A DNA stretch of 64,000 nt from Macrostomum lignano (Eukaryota): positions 124,001 through 188,000 of the forward strand of contig NIVC01001883.1 of the NCBI GenBank assembly GCA_002269645.1, written 5' to 3'. The notes beneath the pieces were generated by a model. That model searched no databases and was not told the origin of the DNA. It saw only the letters and a program-made list of their open reading frames with translations. Every line of letters begins with the position of its first letter. The first letter of the stretch is position 1. The position numbers were made by a program, and so were the translations under genes. This document shows, one piece after another, positions 1-11,560 of this stretch.

Positions 1-9
1 CCCTTATCG

Positions 10-662
10 CCTGACTCTCCCACTCCCTGACTCTCCCACTCCCTGAATCTCCCACTCCCTGACTCTCCCACTCCCTGACTCTCCCATTTCCTGACTCTCC
101 TACTCCCTGACTCTCCCACTCCCTGACTCTCCCATTTCCTGACTCTCCCACTCCCTGACTCTCCCACTCCCTGACTCTCCTACTCCCTGACTCTCCCACT
201 TCCTGACTCTCCCACTCCCTGACTCTCCCACTTCCTGACTCTCCTACTCCCTGACTCTCCCACTCCCTGACTCTCCCACTTCCTGACTCTCCTACTCCCT
301 GACTCTCCCACTCCCTGACTCTCCCACTTCCTGACTCTCCTACTCCCTGACTCTCCCACTCCCTGACTCTCCCACTTCCTGACTCTCCTACTCCCTGACT
401 CTCCCACTCCCTGACTCTCCCACTTCCTGACTCTCCTACTCCCTGACTCTCCCACTCCCTGACTCTCCCACTCCCTGACTCTCCCACACTCCCTGACTCT
501 CCTACTCTCTGACTCTCCCACTCCCTGACTCTCCTACTCTCTGACTCTCCCACTCCCTGACTCTCTCACTCCCTGACTCTCCCGCTCTCTGACACTCCCA
601 CTCTCTGACTCTCCCACTCCCTGACTCTCCCACTCTCTGACTCTCCCACTCCCTGACTCTCC
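10..662. repeat. 16-bp minisatellite (CCCTGACTCTCCCACT)n
   Basis: Directly visible; lies in an upstream SNAP-25 intron. Confidence 0.95.
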
Positions 663-850
663 AATTTTCACGCATCAGAATTTCAAGTAAATTTGGTATT
701 TGCAGGTTGAGTTTCACTATTGGTACTCGTATAAGTTTTTCCCAACGTTTGTAGTCCAGTGATCCCGTGGATAAAATGCTCTTCATATCCGTCAACCTGT
801 TCAGTTTACTTAATCTGTTTATTCCCCACCGCCCGCCTTCGCCTCTTCAG

Positions 851-3617
851 GCTAAGGAGGCCGGCATTTCCACTCTCGTGATGCTTGACGACCAAGGCGG
901 TGAGGCTCGCTTCCGTGTTGTGCTCTGATAATGCTAGTGGCTTCTTTCCTGCTGTAGCAATTAATGTTGTGTGAGACTGATGTCTGCTTTTCTGCACTTT
1001 TAGTTTTTTATTGATTTTTACCTGTTCAACATGATTGGATGATTGGTCAGCTGGGATAATTGATCAGTTATGATAATTGGTCAGCTGGGAGATTTGGTCA
1101 GCTGGGAGAATTGGTCAGTTGGGATAATTGGTCAGCTGGGATAATTGGTCAGCTGGGATAATTGGTCAGTTGGGAGAATTGGTCAGCTGGGATAATTGAT
1201 CAGTTATGATAATTGGTCAGCTGGGAGATTTGGTCAGCTGGGAGAATTGGTCAGTTGGGATAATTGGTCAGCTGGGAGAATTGGTCAGTTGGGATAATTG
1301 GTCAGCTGGGATAATTGGTCAGCTGGGATAATTGGTCAGTTGGGATAATTGGTCAGCTGGGAGAATTGGTCAGTTGGGATAATTGGTCAGCTGGGATAAT
1401 TGGTCAGCTGGGATAATTGGTCAGCTGGGAGAATTGGTCAGTTGGGATAATTGGTCAGCTGGGATAATTGGTCAGTTGGGATAATTGGTCAGTTGGGATA
1501 ATTGGTCAGCTGGGATAATTGGTCAGCTGGGATAATTGGTCAGCTGGGAGAAATGGTCAGTTGAGATAATTGGTCAGCTGGGAGAAATGGTCAGCTGGGA
1601 TAATTGGTCAGTTGGGATAATTGGTCAGCTGGGAGAATTGGTCAGTTGGGATAATTGGTCAGCTGGGATAATTGGTCAGCTGGGATAATTGGTCAGCTGG
1701 GAGAATTGGTCAGCTGGGAGAAATGGTCAGCTGGGATAATTGGTCAGTTGGGATAATTGGTCAGCTGGGAGAATTGGTCAGTTGGGATAATTGGTCAGCT
1801 GGGATAATTGGTCAGCTGGGATAATTGGTCAGCTGGGAGAATTGGTCAGTTGGGATAATTGGTCAGCTGGGATAATTGGTCAGTTGGGATAATTGGTCAG
1901 TTGGGATAATTGGTCAGCTGGGATAATTGGTCAGCTGGGATAATTGGTCAGCTGGGATAATTGGTCAGTTGGGATAATTGGTCAGCTTGGAGAAATGGTC
2001 AGCTGCGAGAAATGGTCAGCTGGGAGATTTATTATTTAAAGTTTACACTCAGGCTTCTGCTAGGCGGATGTCCTTATCAGATGCTGTAGTCTGCAAGAAT
2101 GTCACCAGCCTTCGGGTTATTTTTGTATTCTTTGCATGCACAGACTTTCTGTATTGAATATTTGACCCCGTAGTCCATTAGGAGTGAGCAAAAATATGCG
2201 TATTGATGCCCCCGAGTGTGACCCAGTGTACACCGACCCAGCCTGGCACAACCCCGGTGCCCATTCGTCATCTCAGAGCAAATGGACCGCATCGAGGAGG
2301 GCATGGACCAGATCAACACGGACATGAAAGACGCCGAGAAGAATCTGGACGATCTGAACAAGTGCTGCGGCCTCTGCATCCTGCCGTGGAACAAGTGAGG
2401 GTCAATCGAGTTCGTTTGAAATTACTCGCGCACCAATAGTTAATTTCCTGTCGAACTTTTTTCCTGCCAGAGCCGGCAAAGGCCAGTTCGACAAAAACTT
2501 CAAGAAGGACGACGACGGCACTGTGAACACCGACGGGCCCCGGGTGGTTCTCGGCGACAACGGAATGGGACCTCAGGGTGGCTACGTCACCAGGTGAGAG
2601 CGGCAGTGTCCTCTCAGGGAGAGTACTACTGAGATTGGATAGAGTGTACACTGGGGGAGAGGGCCGAGATTGAATAGAGTGTACACTGGGGGACAGGGCC
2701 GATATTGGATAGAATGTACACTGGGGGAGAGGGCCGAGATTGCATAGAATGTACACTGGGGAGAGGGCCGAGATTGGATAGAATGTACACTGGGGGAGAA
2801 CGCCGAGATTGGATAGAATGTACACTGGGGGAGAGGGCCGAGATTGGATAGAGTGTACACTGGGGGAGAACGCCGAGATTGGATTGAATGTACACTGGGG
2901 AGAGGGCCGAGATTGAATAGAGTGTACACTGGGGAGAGGGCCGAGACTGGATACAATGTACACTAGGGAGAGGGCCGAGATTGGATAGAATGTACACTGG
3001 GGAGAGGGCCAAGTTTGGATACAATGTACACTGTGGGAGAGGGCCGATATTGGATAGAATGTACACTGGGGGAGAGGGCCGAGATTGGATAGAATGTACA
3101 CTGGGGGAGAACGCCGAGATTGGATAGAATGTACACTGGGGAGAGGGCCGAGATTGGATAGAATGTACACTGGGGAAGGAGTACTTGAACAATGTCCTAT
3201 TCAATTTCAGAATCACGAAGGACGACCGCGAGGACGAGATGGACAACAACATCCAGGAGGTCGGCAACATGGTTGGCAACCTGCGCAACATGGCCATCGA
3301 CATGGGCAGCGAGATCACTTCGCAGAACAGGCAGCTGGACCGCATCCAGGAGAAGGTGGGTTTGCTTGATCCTACCAGCAGCCGGGGCTCGTGCGCTGCA
3401 GTCGTACAGAGTTCAAAGCAAGCAGTTGAAGAAAAAAAACTTTTTAATAGCCGAACTTCACAGCTAGTTTTAGTTTCCTGGGGGTTTGCTCTTTGCCATC
3501 AGTGCGCATGTACTCCATAGCACAAGCGACGCTGCGCTCCCCGCCCACCCGCAGGCCGCGTCCAACCAGACGCGCATCGAGGGCGCCAACGAGCGGGCGA
3601 ACAAGATGCTGAAATGA
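851..3617 (+). CDS. SNAP25: SNAP-25 t-SNARE, 5'-partial; join(851..899,2277..2394,2471..2593,3211..3355,3555..3617)
   Basis: All introns GT-AG and phases join. Translation [56 protein letters not shown]...[68 protein letters not shown]. Both SNARE helices and the palmitoylated Cys cluster are present; exon sizes 49, 118 and 145 nt equal those of vertebrate SNAP25. The first coding exons lie outside the window. Confidence 0.96.
1041..2027. repeat. 17-bp minisatellite (AATTGGTCAGCTGGGAT)n, ~55 copies
   Basis: Directly visible; SNAP-25 intron. Confidence 0.95.
2625..3178. repeat. 35-36-bp minisatellite (GGGGGAGAGGGCCGAGATTGGATAGAATGTACACT)n
   Basis: Fills the SNAP-25 intron 2594-3210. Confidence 0.95.
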
Positions 3618-4179
3618 GCAGGCGGCCGGAGGAGCCCGGACCCAGCGGCTCCCCTATCCCAGCAGACAGAGTTTTATCGCGTCTCACTGCTTAGTCTGTT
3701 GCGTCTAACTGAACACACCTGTCTGCTGCTATCAGTGCATATTCATATTTATACATATTAATATATATATATATATATATCTATTAAAGTACATGAATTC
3801 AGAATGTACACCCTGGCTGGGGTCGAAATCCGCCGGCCCCTTGTTTTTACCGAATTAATTTTTTCAGTTCCTCTCTCAATTTTTTGCACCTGTTGCTGCA
3901 TCACCTCATCGCCTCCCCAGCTGCATCAGTTCACACGAATATTGCCGCGTTTATCCGAAAATTTCTACAATATTCCGCCGTTTTCATTTTCTGTGCTTCA
4001 GCAAAAAGTTGATTGTCAATTTTCTGTTAAATTTTCCTCTGCATACTACTCACGCCGGCGCCAGCGTTACAAGTAGCTAGGAAGGGGCATTGATTGCGCC
4101 TTGACCTCACAGCTGCAGATTAAATCAACCCGCAGTCCCCCCGATTGCCCCATCGCCTCATCTGCCCGCCTGACTGCAT

Positions 4180-4185
4180 AATAAA
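4180..4185 (+). terminator. Candidate polyadenylation signal (AATAAA) of SNAP-25
   Basis: First canonical AATAAA downstream of the stop at 3617 (an ATTAAA variant occurs near 3783). Confidence 0.4.
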
Positions 4186-5325
4186 GACACGAGTTCGCGC
4201 CCGAGGCATAGATAAATATATATACATTTATCTATATTTATTTAAAACCAATCAAACATGGCTTGGCTTCTTTATTTCTGTTTGAACGATAGCGCCTAGG
4301 CCCGAGTGTTTCCAGTCCAAGTGCGTAGTATCACAATTAATATGCAAGGACTACTAGAAGGGCGCCGGTCGATTAGCTGGTGAATTCATTAATCTGCCGT
4401 GAAAATGACCTTCAATGTTACTCACAGTTTTTCAAAATTATACAAATAATCCCGCAAAATTTTTCCAAGCAGTCCCTGTAAATTTATCGGCAATTTGCTT
4501 AGGTTTCTACTGCCAGTAGAATACCTAGGCTATGTTTCGCTTTTTCAATAGCGGCAAAACTGCCGCTGTCCATGCGTCTCATCTCAAAAAGTGTTACACA
4601 GAGACAGCTGATTGGAGATAAACTGACAAGCTGGTATGAGATTGAGCCATATTTCCATTTTTTAGTTTATTGACTGCTTCGATTGGCTCCATCGGACTGC
4701 GGCAAGTGCAGATAAGGGCGACATATTTCATCCTGAACGTGGGTCGGCCAGTGCCACAGTGCAGCGTGTACTTTAATTAGAAATCCAGCCAGCAAAGGAA
4801 CTCTATGTCTACTTTGCTATACCTGATCCCCAGGGGAAGCAGAGACCGAGGAGCAAGTTTTTGCCTAGGGAGGGGAGCAAGAGCTTTTTTCTAAGCATCT
4901 GACCCCCCCTGCCCCCTGACCTCCCCTGAGTGGCTCCCGGATTGAATTCAAGCAATAATCTCACATTTCAGGGACAGGTGCCCCTCTGCCCCCCCCCCAT
5001 TCCGCAGTGCCTAACGCCACCGAGTCAGTGGTGCCAATACTTTGGCCATAGACATCTTCTCAGCGGGCGGGCTGCCTTCTTTCTTTATCCTTCTGAATGA
5101 GACTCAAACGATTTCGCTTAAATTGGAAACTAAATGAGAGAAGGTCTCTATGGCAACGAACCGCCAATGGAAACGGATCTGCCGTCTGTGGTCGTTCTGA
5201 GTTGAGCCATCAGCTGAGAGCAGGATTCCCAAAGCAAAGCAGATTAGCATAAGGATAGAATAGGCCTTATTAACCTTAGCTTGAACCTGCCTAGCAACTA
5301 AACGGCAAGTTTAAAAATCTCCCAG

Positions 5326-7407
5326 GCCCAGAGGCAGCAGCAGCAGCAGCCGGAGCCGCAGGGGCAACCGCCGCAGGTTTTCCACCCACCCGAGCAGCTG
5401 AGCCGCTGCGCGCACATCGGCTCGCTGACAGCCTACCGAGATGCCTACCTGCGCTCCATCACTGCGCCCGACGACTTCTGGCGCGAGGCTGCCGACTCGC
5501 TGCTCGACTGGCGCCACAGGCCGGACGACTGGCGCCAGGCACCGGTGACGCGTCAGAATCTCGACAAGCGGTGCGAGGGCGGCGTCGACTGCCGCTGGTT
5601 CGCCGGCTGGCGGCTCAACGCCTGCCACAACGCGCTGGACCGGCACGTTGCCGCCGGCCTCGGCGACCGCGTCTGCCTGCACTGGGAGGCCAACGAGCCC
5701 GACGGCGCCGGCCACGCCGTCACCTACGCGCAGATGCTCGCCCGAGTGCGCCGGCTGGCCCGCGCCCTGTCCGGCGCCGGCGTCCGGCGCGGCGACCGAG
5801 TCTGCGTCTACATGGCCAACGTGCCACAGCAGATGGAGGCGCTGCTCGCCTGCGCCCGCCTCGGCGCCGTTCACGTCGTCGTCTTCGCTGGCTACTCGGC
5901 CGAGTCGCTGGCCGAGCGGCTGCTGGACGCCGGAGCTCGAGTCCTGCTCACCTGCGACTTTGCCTGGCGCGGCCACCGGCGCCTCGGCCTCAAGCCCATC
6001 GCTGACGCCGCCATGCGCGCCTGCGCCGAGGCCGGCGCTGAAATCCGCGCCTGCTTCGTCCTGCGCCGCGCCGATGACCAGCCCTGCCCGATGGAGGCCG
6101 GCCGCGACCAGCCCTGGCCGGAGCCCCCATCGGAGGGCGACGAGGACTTTGACGAGGCCTCCGGGCCGCCGCCGGAGTGGCTGGACGCCGAGGAGCCGCT
6201 GTTCGCCCTGCACACCAGCGGCAGTACTGGAAAGCCGAAGGCGCTGCTGCACAGCACCGGCGGCTACCTGGTCTACGCCGCCTTCACCACCCGCCTGGCC
6301 TTTGACATGCGGCCGCCCACCGTGCACTGGTGCACCGCCGACCTGGGCTGGATCACCGGCCACTCCTACCTGGTCTACGGGCCCCTCCTGCTCGGCGCCA
6401 CCTGCGTCATGCTGGAGGGCCCGCCCTGCTGGCCGGAGCCCGGCCGCTGCTGGCGGGTGGTGGACCGCTACAAAGTCGAGTCGTTCTACACCGCGCCCAC
6501 GCTGCTGCGCGCCCTCATGCGGGCCGGCGACTCCCAGTTTGAGGGCAGCAGCCGCAGCTCCCTGCGCATCCTCGGCTCCGTTGGCGAGCCTATCAACCCG
6601 GAGGCCTGGCTGTGGCTGCACGCCAAGGTCGGCTCCGGCCGCTGCCCCGTGGTTGACACCTACTGGCAGACGGAGACCGGCGGTCACGTGATCGCCCCTC
6701 TGCCGGGCGCCACGCCGGCCAAGCCCGGCTCCGCCTGCCTGCCGCTGCCCGGCGTCCGGCCGGTGCTGCTTGACCCGGACACCGGCCGGGAGCTGGACGG
6801 GCCGGCCGAAGGCCACCTGGCGTTCGGGCCGCTGGCCTGGCCGGGCCTGGCCCGCAGCATCCTTGGCGACCACGAGCGCTTTGAGCGGACCTACTTCTCC
6901 GCATTCCCCGGCTACTACTGCTGCGGCGACGGCGCCAGGCGCGACGCCGACGGCTACCTGTGGATCACCGGCCGGGTCGACGACGCCATGAACGTCAGCG
7001 GCCACCTGATGAGCTCTGCGCAGCTCGAGGTCGCCCTTCTGCGCCACCCCGCTCTGGCCGAAGCCGCTGTGGTCGGCCGGCCCCACGACGTCAAAGGCGA
7101 GGCCGCCTGCGCCTTCCTCGTGCTGAAGGAGGACGACGGCTGCGGGCTGGACGAGCGGCTGCGGGCGAGCCTGCGCGGCCTGGTGCGCGAGGTTATCGGC
7201 CCGTTCGCCGTGCCGGACCACCTGCTGCGCGTGGCCGCCCTGCCGAAGACCCGCTCCGGCAAGGTGATGCGCCTCCTGGCCGCCGGCCGCGACCCCCGCT
7301 GCGTCGGCGACCTCAGCGCCCTGGCGGAGCCGCACTGCCTGGAGCAGCTGCGGGCGGCCGTGGAGGCGGAGTTCGGTCGGGTGGGGGAAATTCCCGCCGC
7401 GGACTGA
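5326..7407 (+). CDS. ACSS2: Acetyl-CoA synthetase (AMP-forming), ACSS2-like; single large exon, start codon must come from splicing
   Basis: Frame open from 5302 to TGA at 7407. Motifs: AHIGSLTAYRDAYLRSITAPDDFW (N-terminal domain), HTSGSTGKPK, DLGWITGHSY, SVGEPIN, DTYWQTETGG, GRVDDAMNVSGH, LPKTRSGK. Acceptor CCCAG ends at 5325 in phase 0; first in-frame ATG only at 5734. Confidence 0.93.
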   Translation, partial: AQRQQQQQPEPQGQPPQVFHPPEQLSRCAHIGSLTAYRDAYLRSITAPDDFWREAADSLLDWRHRPDDWRQAPVTRQNLDKRCEGGVDCRWFAGWRLNACHNALDRHVAAGLGDRVCLHWEANEPDGAGHAVTYAQMLARVRRLARALSGAGVRRGDRVCVYMANVPQQMEALLACARLGAVHVVVFAGYSAESLAERLLDAGARVLLTCDFAWRGHRRLGLKPIADAAMRACAEAGAEIRACFVLRRADDQPCPMEAGRDQPWPEPPSEGDEDFDEASGPPPEWLDAEEPLFALHTSGSTGKPKALLHSTGGYLVYAAFTTRLAFDMRPPTVHWCTADLGWITGHSYLVYGPLLLGATCVMLEGPPCWPEPGRCWRVVDRYKVESFYTAPTLLRALMRAGDSQFEGSSRSSLRILGSVGEPINPEAWLWLHAKVGSGRCPVVDTYWQTETGGHVIAPLPGATPAKPGSACLPLPGVRPVLLDPDTGRELDGPAEGHLAFGPLAWPGLARSILGDHERFERTYFSAFPGYYCCGDGARRDADGYLWITGRVDDAMNVSGHLMSSAQLEVALLRHPALAEAAVVGRPHDVKGEAACAFLVLKEDDGCGLDERLRASLRGLVREVIGPFAVPDHLLRVAALPKTRSGKVMRLLAAGRDPRCVGDLSALAEPHCLEQLRAAVEAEFGRVGEIPAAD

Positions 7408-8894
7408 ATTGAATGGTTGCTATTTTTAGACTCTGATTGGGTCTATTTTTAGACAGGGGATACTGAGGCCAATGTGGCTAGTCGGTCTTATACTCAAAAT
7501 GGTTGTCTTTAAAAGGAATTTTGATTATTATTTCATAATTTTACACATTTTTAATCAAAATCGTTAATCTGCTTTTAGTTAGCAAAGCAACTTTGTGCTT
7601 TGACACGTCCAAGTTTACTGCGACTTTTTGCTTTTGTTACACATCAACATTTTTATTGTGCTGTTTTTTATTACTTCAGAGTAGAATAGACTCGCGCTGA
7701 TTAAGTGTGGAATACTAATTCATCATATTTAGCATTTCTAGTTAATTTTTCATCCCCATAGCAACTAAGGATTTGCCTTGGACACAGCAGCTCAGATAGA
7801 CTATGAGCTGCCTGTCAGTCAATACGAACCTGTCCGCACATAATAAGCATAATAATAAGTATAAAACCAGTGGCTGTTTGCCCTTCTCTTTCTCTCTCAC
7901 ACGCGAAACTTTTTGACAGGTCAGAGGCAGCTGACTCGAAAACGGCCCAGCTTGTTGGCGCTGGCATCTGGCAGGGAGAACTCGAACCAGAGCCCCAGAG
8001 TATCCGGAGGGTTTCAATTTGCTTGCACAGCAGACAGGGGAGCTGACCGACCTTGTCTGCCAGAGCCCCCTGCGCAAACTGTTGGCAACTCGACATTCAG
8101 AACGCCAGACTCCCGAGAAGTTTCTCATAAATTCAATGAAAGATGCAAGATGAGGCACGAGCTCCCCTGCCTGCTGTGTGGCAGCTGAAGAACTATCAGG
8201 AACTGGGGTGCCAGTCAGTCCAAGTTCTCTTTTAAGTTGGCCTTGGCGCTGGGAGCCGCAGATCCCCCTGTCAGATACGGGGGGCCGCCGCCATCGCTGC
8301 CCAAGCCTGTCAAAATTTTCCCAACTAGGAATTTTTCCCCAAAGCTGTTTGCCTGACCAACAACTGTCCGAAACTGTGTGGTCATGTTGCTTTTGCAAAT
8401 CTTTTGTTGCAGAAATTGGCGCAGTTCTGGGCTGACATCTCTGGGCAGCAGCCAATATTTGGGTCTTTGTCGCAGCACTGTGCCAGCCGCATTTTGTGTT
8501 CTTCCCATGCTAAATTTCACACAGGTTGTATTAGCGGTAGCCAGCTAGCAGTGCACCAACTCTTTGTGCGTCTATTTTTTCATTTAGAATTTGCTTTCAG
8601 AGCACGCTTTCATACTACTGACGCCATCAGTAACCAGTATAGACTGCCGAGTTTTAGCAAGAATTTTGCTAGCATGTTTATTTTTATATATTTAATTTCT
8701 GCTCCAGCTGCAGTGCTGGGCGGCACGGACCTCCTGTTTACAAATACATGTTGTGCGCCGCGTAGCAATATCGATTTTAGTGGCATTTAATCTTCAGTCT
8801 GACTTCAGCAGTTCTCAAGTTCTTTTTTACTGTCGTTGAACATTGAAAAATGGATGAAAGTAATATAAATTTTTGGTGAAACTCTTTGTGACTT

Positions 8895-9722
8895 GACTCA
8901 GACTCAGACCCTGCTCTATTAGACTCAGACTCTACTCTATTAGACTCAGACCCTTTTTCAACTCAGACCCTGCTCTATTAGATTAAGACTCTATTAGACT
9001 CAGACTCTACTCTATTAGACTCAGACCCTACTCTATTAGACTCAGACTCAGACCCTGCTCTATTAGACTCAGACTCCATTCTATTAGACTCAGACTCTAC
9101 TCTATTAGACTCAGACCCTTTTTCAACTCAGACCCTGCTCTATTAGATTAAGACTCTATTAGACTCAGACTCCATTCTATTAGACTCAGACTCTACTCTA
9201 TTAGACTCAGACCCTTTTTCAACTCAGACCCTGCTCTATTAGATTAAGACTCTATTAGACTCAGATTCTACTCTATTAGACTCAGACTCTACTCTATTAG
9301 ACTCAGACCCTTTTTTCAACTCAGACCCTGCTCTATTAGATTAAGACTCTACTCTATTAGACTCAGACTCTACTCTATTAGACTCAGACCCTTTTTCAAC
9401 TCAGACCCTGCTCTATTCGACTCAGACTCTACACTATTAGACTCAGACCCTTTTTTCAACTCAGACCCTGCTCTATTAGATTAAGACTCTATTAGACTCA
9501 GATTCTACTCTATTAGACTCAGACTCTACTCTATTAGACTCAGACCCTTTTTTCAACTCAGACCCTGCTCTATTAGATTAAGACTCTATTAGACTCAGAT
9601 TCTACTCTATTAGACTCAGATTCTACTCTATTAGACTCAGACCCTGCCCAGAGACACTCAGACCCTGCCCAGAGACACTCAGACCCTGCCCAGAGACACT
9701 CAGACCCTGCCCAGACTCAGAC
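8895..9722. repeat. Compound minisatellite built on CTCTATTAGACTCAGA with higher-order units
   Basis: Directly visible. Confidence 0.92.
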
Positions 9723-10699
9723 CGCACCAAGCTGCTACTCCCAACGCCTGAAGGTCCCAAAGCAGCCAGCCTGATGCAGCGCGGCAGTTCGTGGCACCCC
9801 AGACAGCGGGAAGCTACAAGAGGCTGAAAGTTGCGTCATTAAGAATTCGCTTTGACTGCTCAAGAGAAGCGGCCGGGTCCCCGACGGGACTCCGCCGCGG
9901 CAGCAGCGCGGGGCTTCGCAGATCAAAGCACCGCTGCGCTCATCCGTCTGTCTTCTGCTTGAGCCCTGCGGGATTAGCTGCTTCTCAATTATTTTCCCAC
10001 CGCGCGGATCCCAACATAGGGGGGGGGGGCTTCTGTGCCGCAGGAGAGGCGAGAGCACAAACGTCCGAGTCGATTCGGAGACAGATGCAGAAACACAGCG
10101 AGAGCTGATGAAGCCGCTTGCCCCCAACGATATCCCCGCACTTGCAGAATCCTCAGTATCTCTCACGGCCAGAAACTCCTCCCCATCAGGAGGGAATCTT
10201 ATCCTCCGACGCGCTGGGGAACAAGTTTCCCACGGCAAAGGGGGGGGGGGGCTCAAGTGGCAGAGAGAAAGAGAGCGGGAGTGCGAGATCAAGAACTCGC
10301 TGCCACTACTCCCAGCTCGGGCTGAAGGGCCGAGTCTGGCAGGCAGGGCAGCCTCTGATTGAGTTAGGGCCGCTGAGGACCGCGGAGGCCTCGGTAATTG
10401 GGGCTGGGATTTCGGAGCCGGGCTCCACCTTCCCTCACTGGCCTCTCGCCTGCCTCGAAAATTCGATAACCCGAGGGAGGGCCCAAGAAACTGCCTCTCC
10501 ACACGGAGGAGGCTGGCCGGGGCGATGCTGAGCAGCACTGACTCACTGCCTGCTCACCGCCTCCTCCAGCTGCCCTTCACCTGGCCGGGGACTTCTGACT
10601 CCGCCTCCCCATCTGCCTCTCCATTTGGCGATTTCTCAGATTGCCAATTCCGGGACTTGCGAAACTCGTTGCTCGAGTGGACTTTTCGTTCCTGGTTGA

Positions 10700-11101
10700 A
10701 TGGCGCCAGTGTCCGAGCTGGACTGGGTGCTGATGGCGCCAGTGTCCGAGCTGGACTGGGTGCTGATGACGCCAGTGTCCGAGCTGGACTGGGTGCTGAT
10801 GGCGCCAGTGTCCGAGCTGGACTGGGTGCTGATGGCGCCAGTGTCCGAGCTGGACTGGGTGCTGATGGCGTCAGTGTCCGAGCTGGACTGGGTGCTGATG
10901 GCGCCAGTGTCCGAGCTGGACTGGGTGCTGATGGCGCCAGTGTCCGAGCTGAGTTTGGTGCCGATGGCGCCAGTGTCCGAGCTGGACTGGGTGCTGATGG
11001 CGCCAGTGTCCGAGCTGAGTTTGGTGCTGATGGCGCCAGTGTCCGAGCTGAGTTTGGTGCTGATGGCGCCAGTGTCCGAGCTGGACTGGGTGCTGATGGC
11101 G
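10700..11101. repeat. 33-bp minisatellite, 12 copies
   Basis: TGATGGCGCCAGTGTCCGAGCTGGACTGGGTGC. Confidence 0.95.
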
Positions 11102-11560
11102 CAGAAGAGATGGCAGAATAGATGGCCGAGTAGATGGCAGTGGAGATGGCAGAGGAGATGGCAGGGAGATGGCAGAGGAGATGGCAGAATAGATGGCAGA
11201 GGTGATAGCAGGGGAGGTGGCAGAGGAGATGGCAGAGGAGATGGCAGAATAGATGGCAGAGGTGATAGCAGGGGAGGTGGCAGAGGAGATGGCAGAGGTG
11301 ATAGCAGGAGAGGTGGCAGAGGAGATGGCAGAGGCGATGGCAGGGGAGATGGCAGGGAGATGGCAGAGGAGATGGCAGGGAGATGGCAGATGAGATAGCA
11401 GGGGAGGTGGCAGGAGAGATGGCAGAGGAGATGGCAGAATAGATGGCAGAATAGATGGCAGAGGTGATAGCAGGGGAGGTGGCAGAGGAGATGGCAGAGG
11501 AGATGGCAGAGGAGATGGCAGGGGAGATGGCAGAGTAGATGGCAGGGGAGATGGCAGGGG
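11102..11560. repeat. Purine-rich 12-bp-based repeat (GATGGCAGAGGA)n
   Basis: Directly visible; abuts the 33-bp array. Confidence 0.9.

Noticed and set aside
5150-5200. Cis first exon for ACS from ATG 5150 or 5167
   Set aside because: Only a weak GTGGTC donor (5188) gives phase 0; not supported as a feature but not excluded.
5311-7335. 674-aa ORF antisense to ACS
   Set aside because: Shadow frame of GC3-rich coding sequence.
5326-7407. Horizontal transfer of ACS from bacteria (intron-poor, GC-rich)
   Set aside because: Segments such as QNLD...CRWF and LKPIADAAMRACAEAG resemble animal ACSS2, and GC3 matches neighbouring host exons; a phylogeny would settle it.
7742-8455. 237-aa minus-strand ORF
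   Set aside because: No recognisable domain, no codon bias like the real exons, and no splice context.
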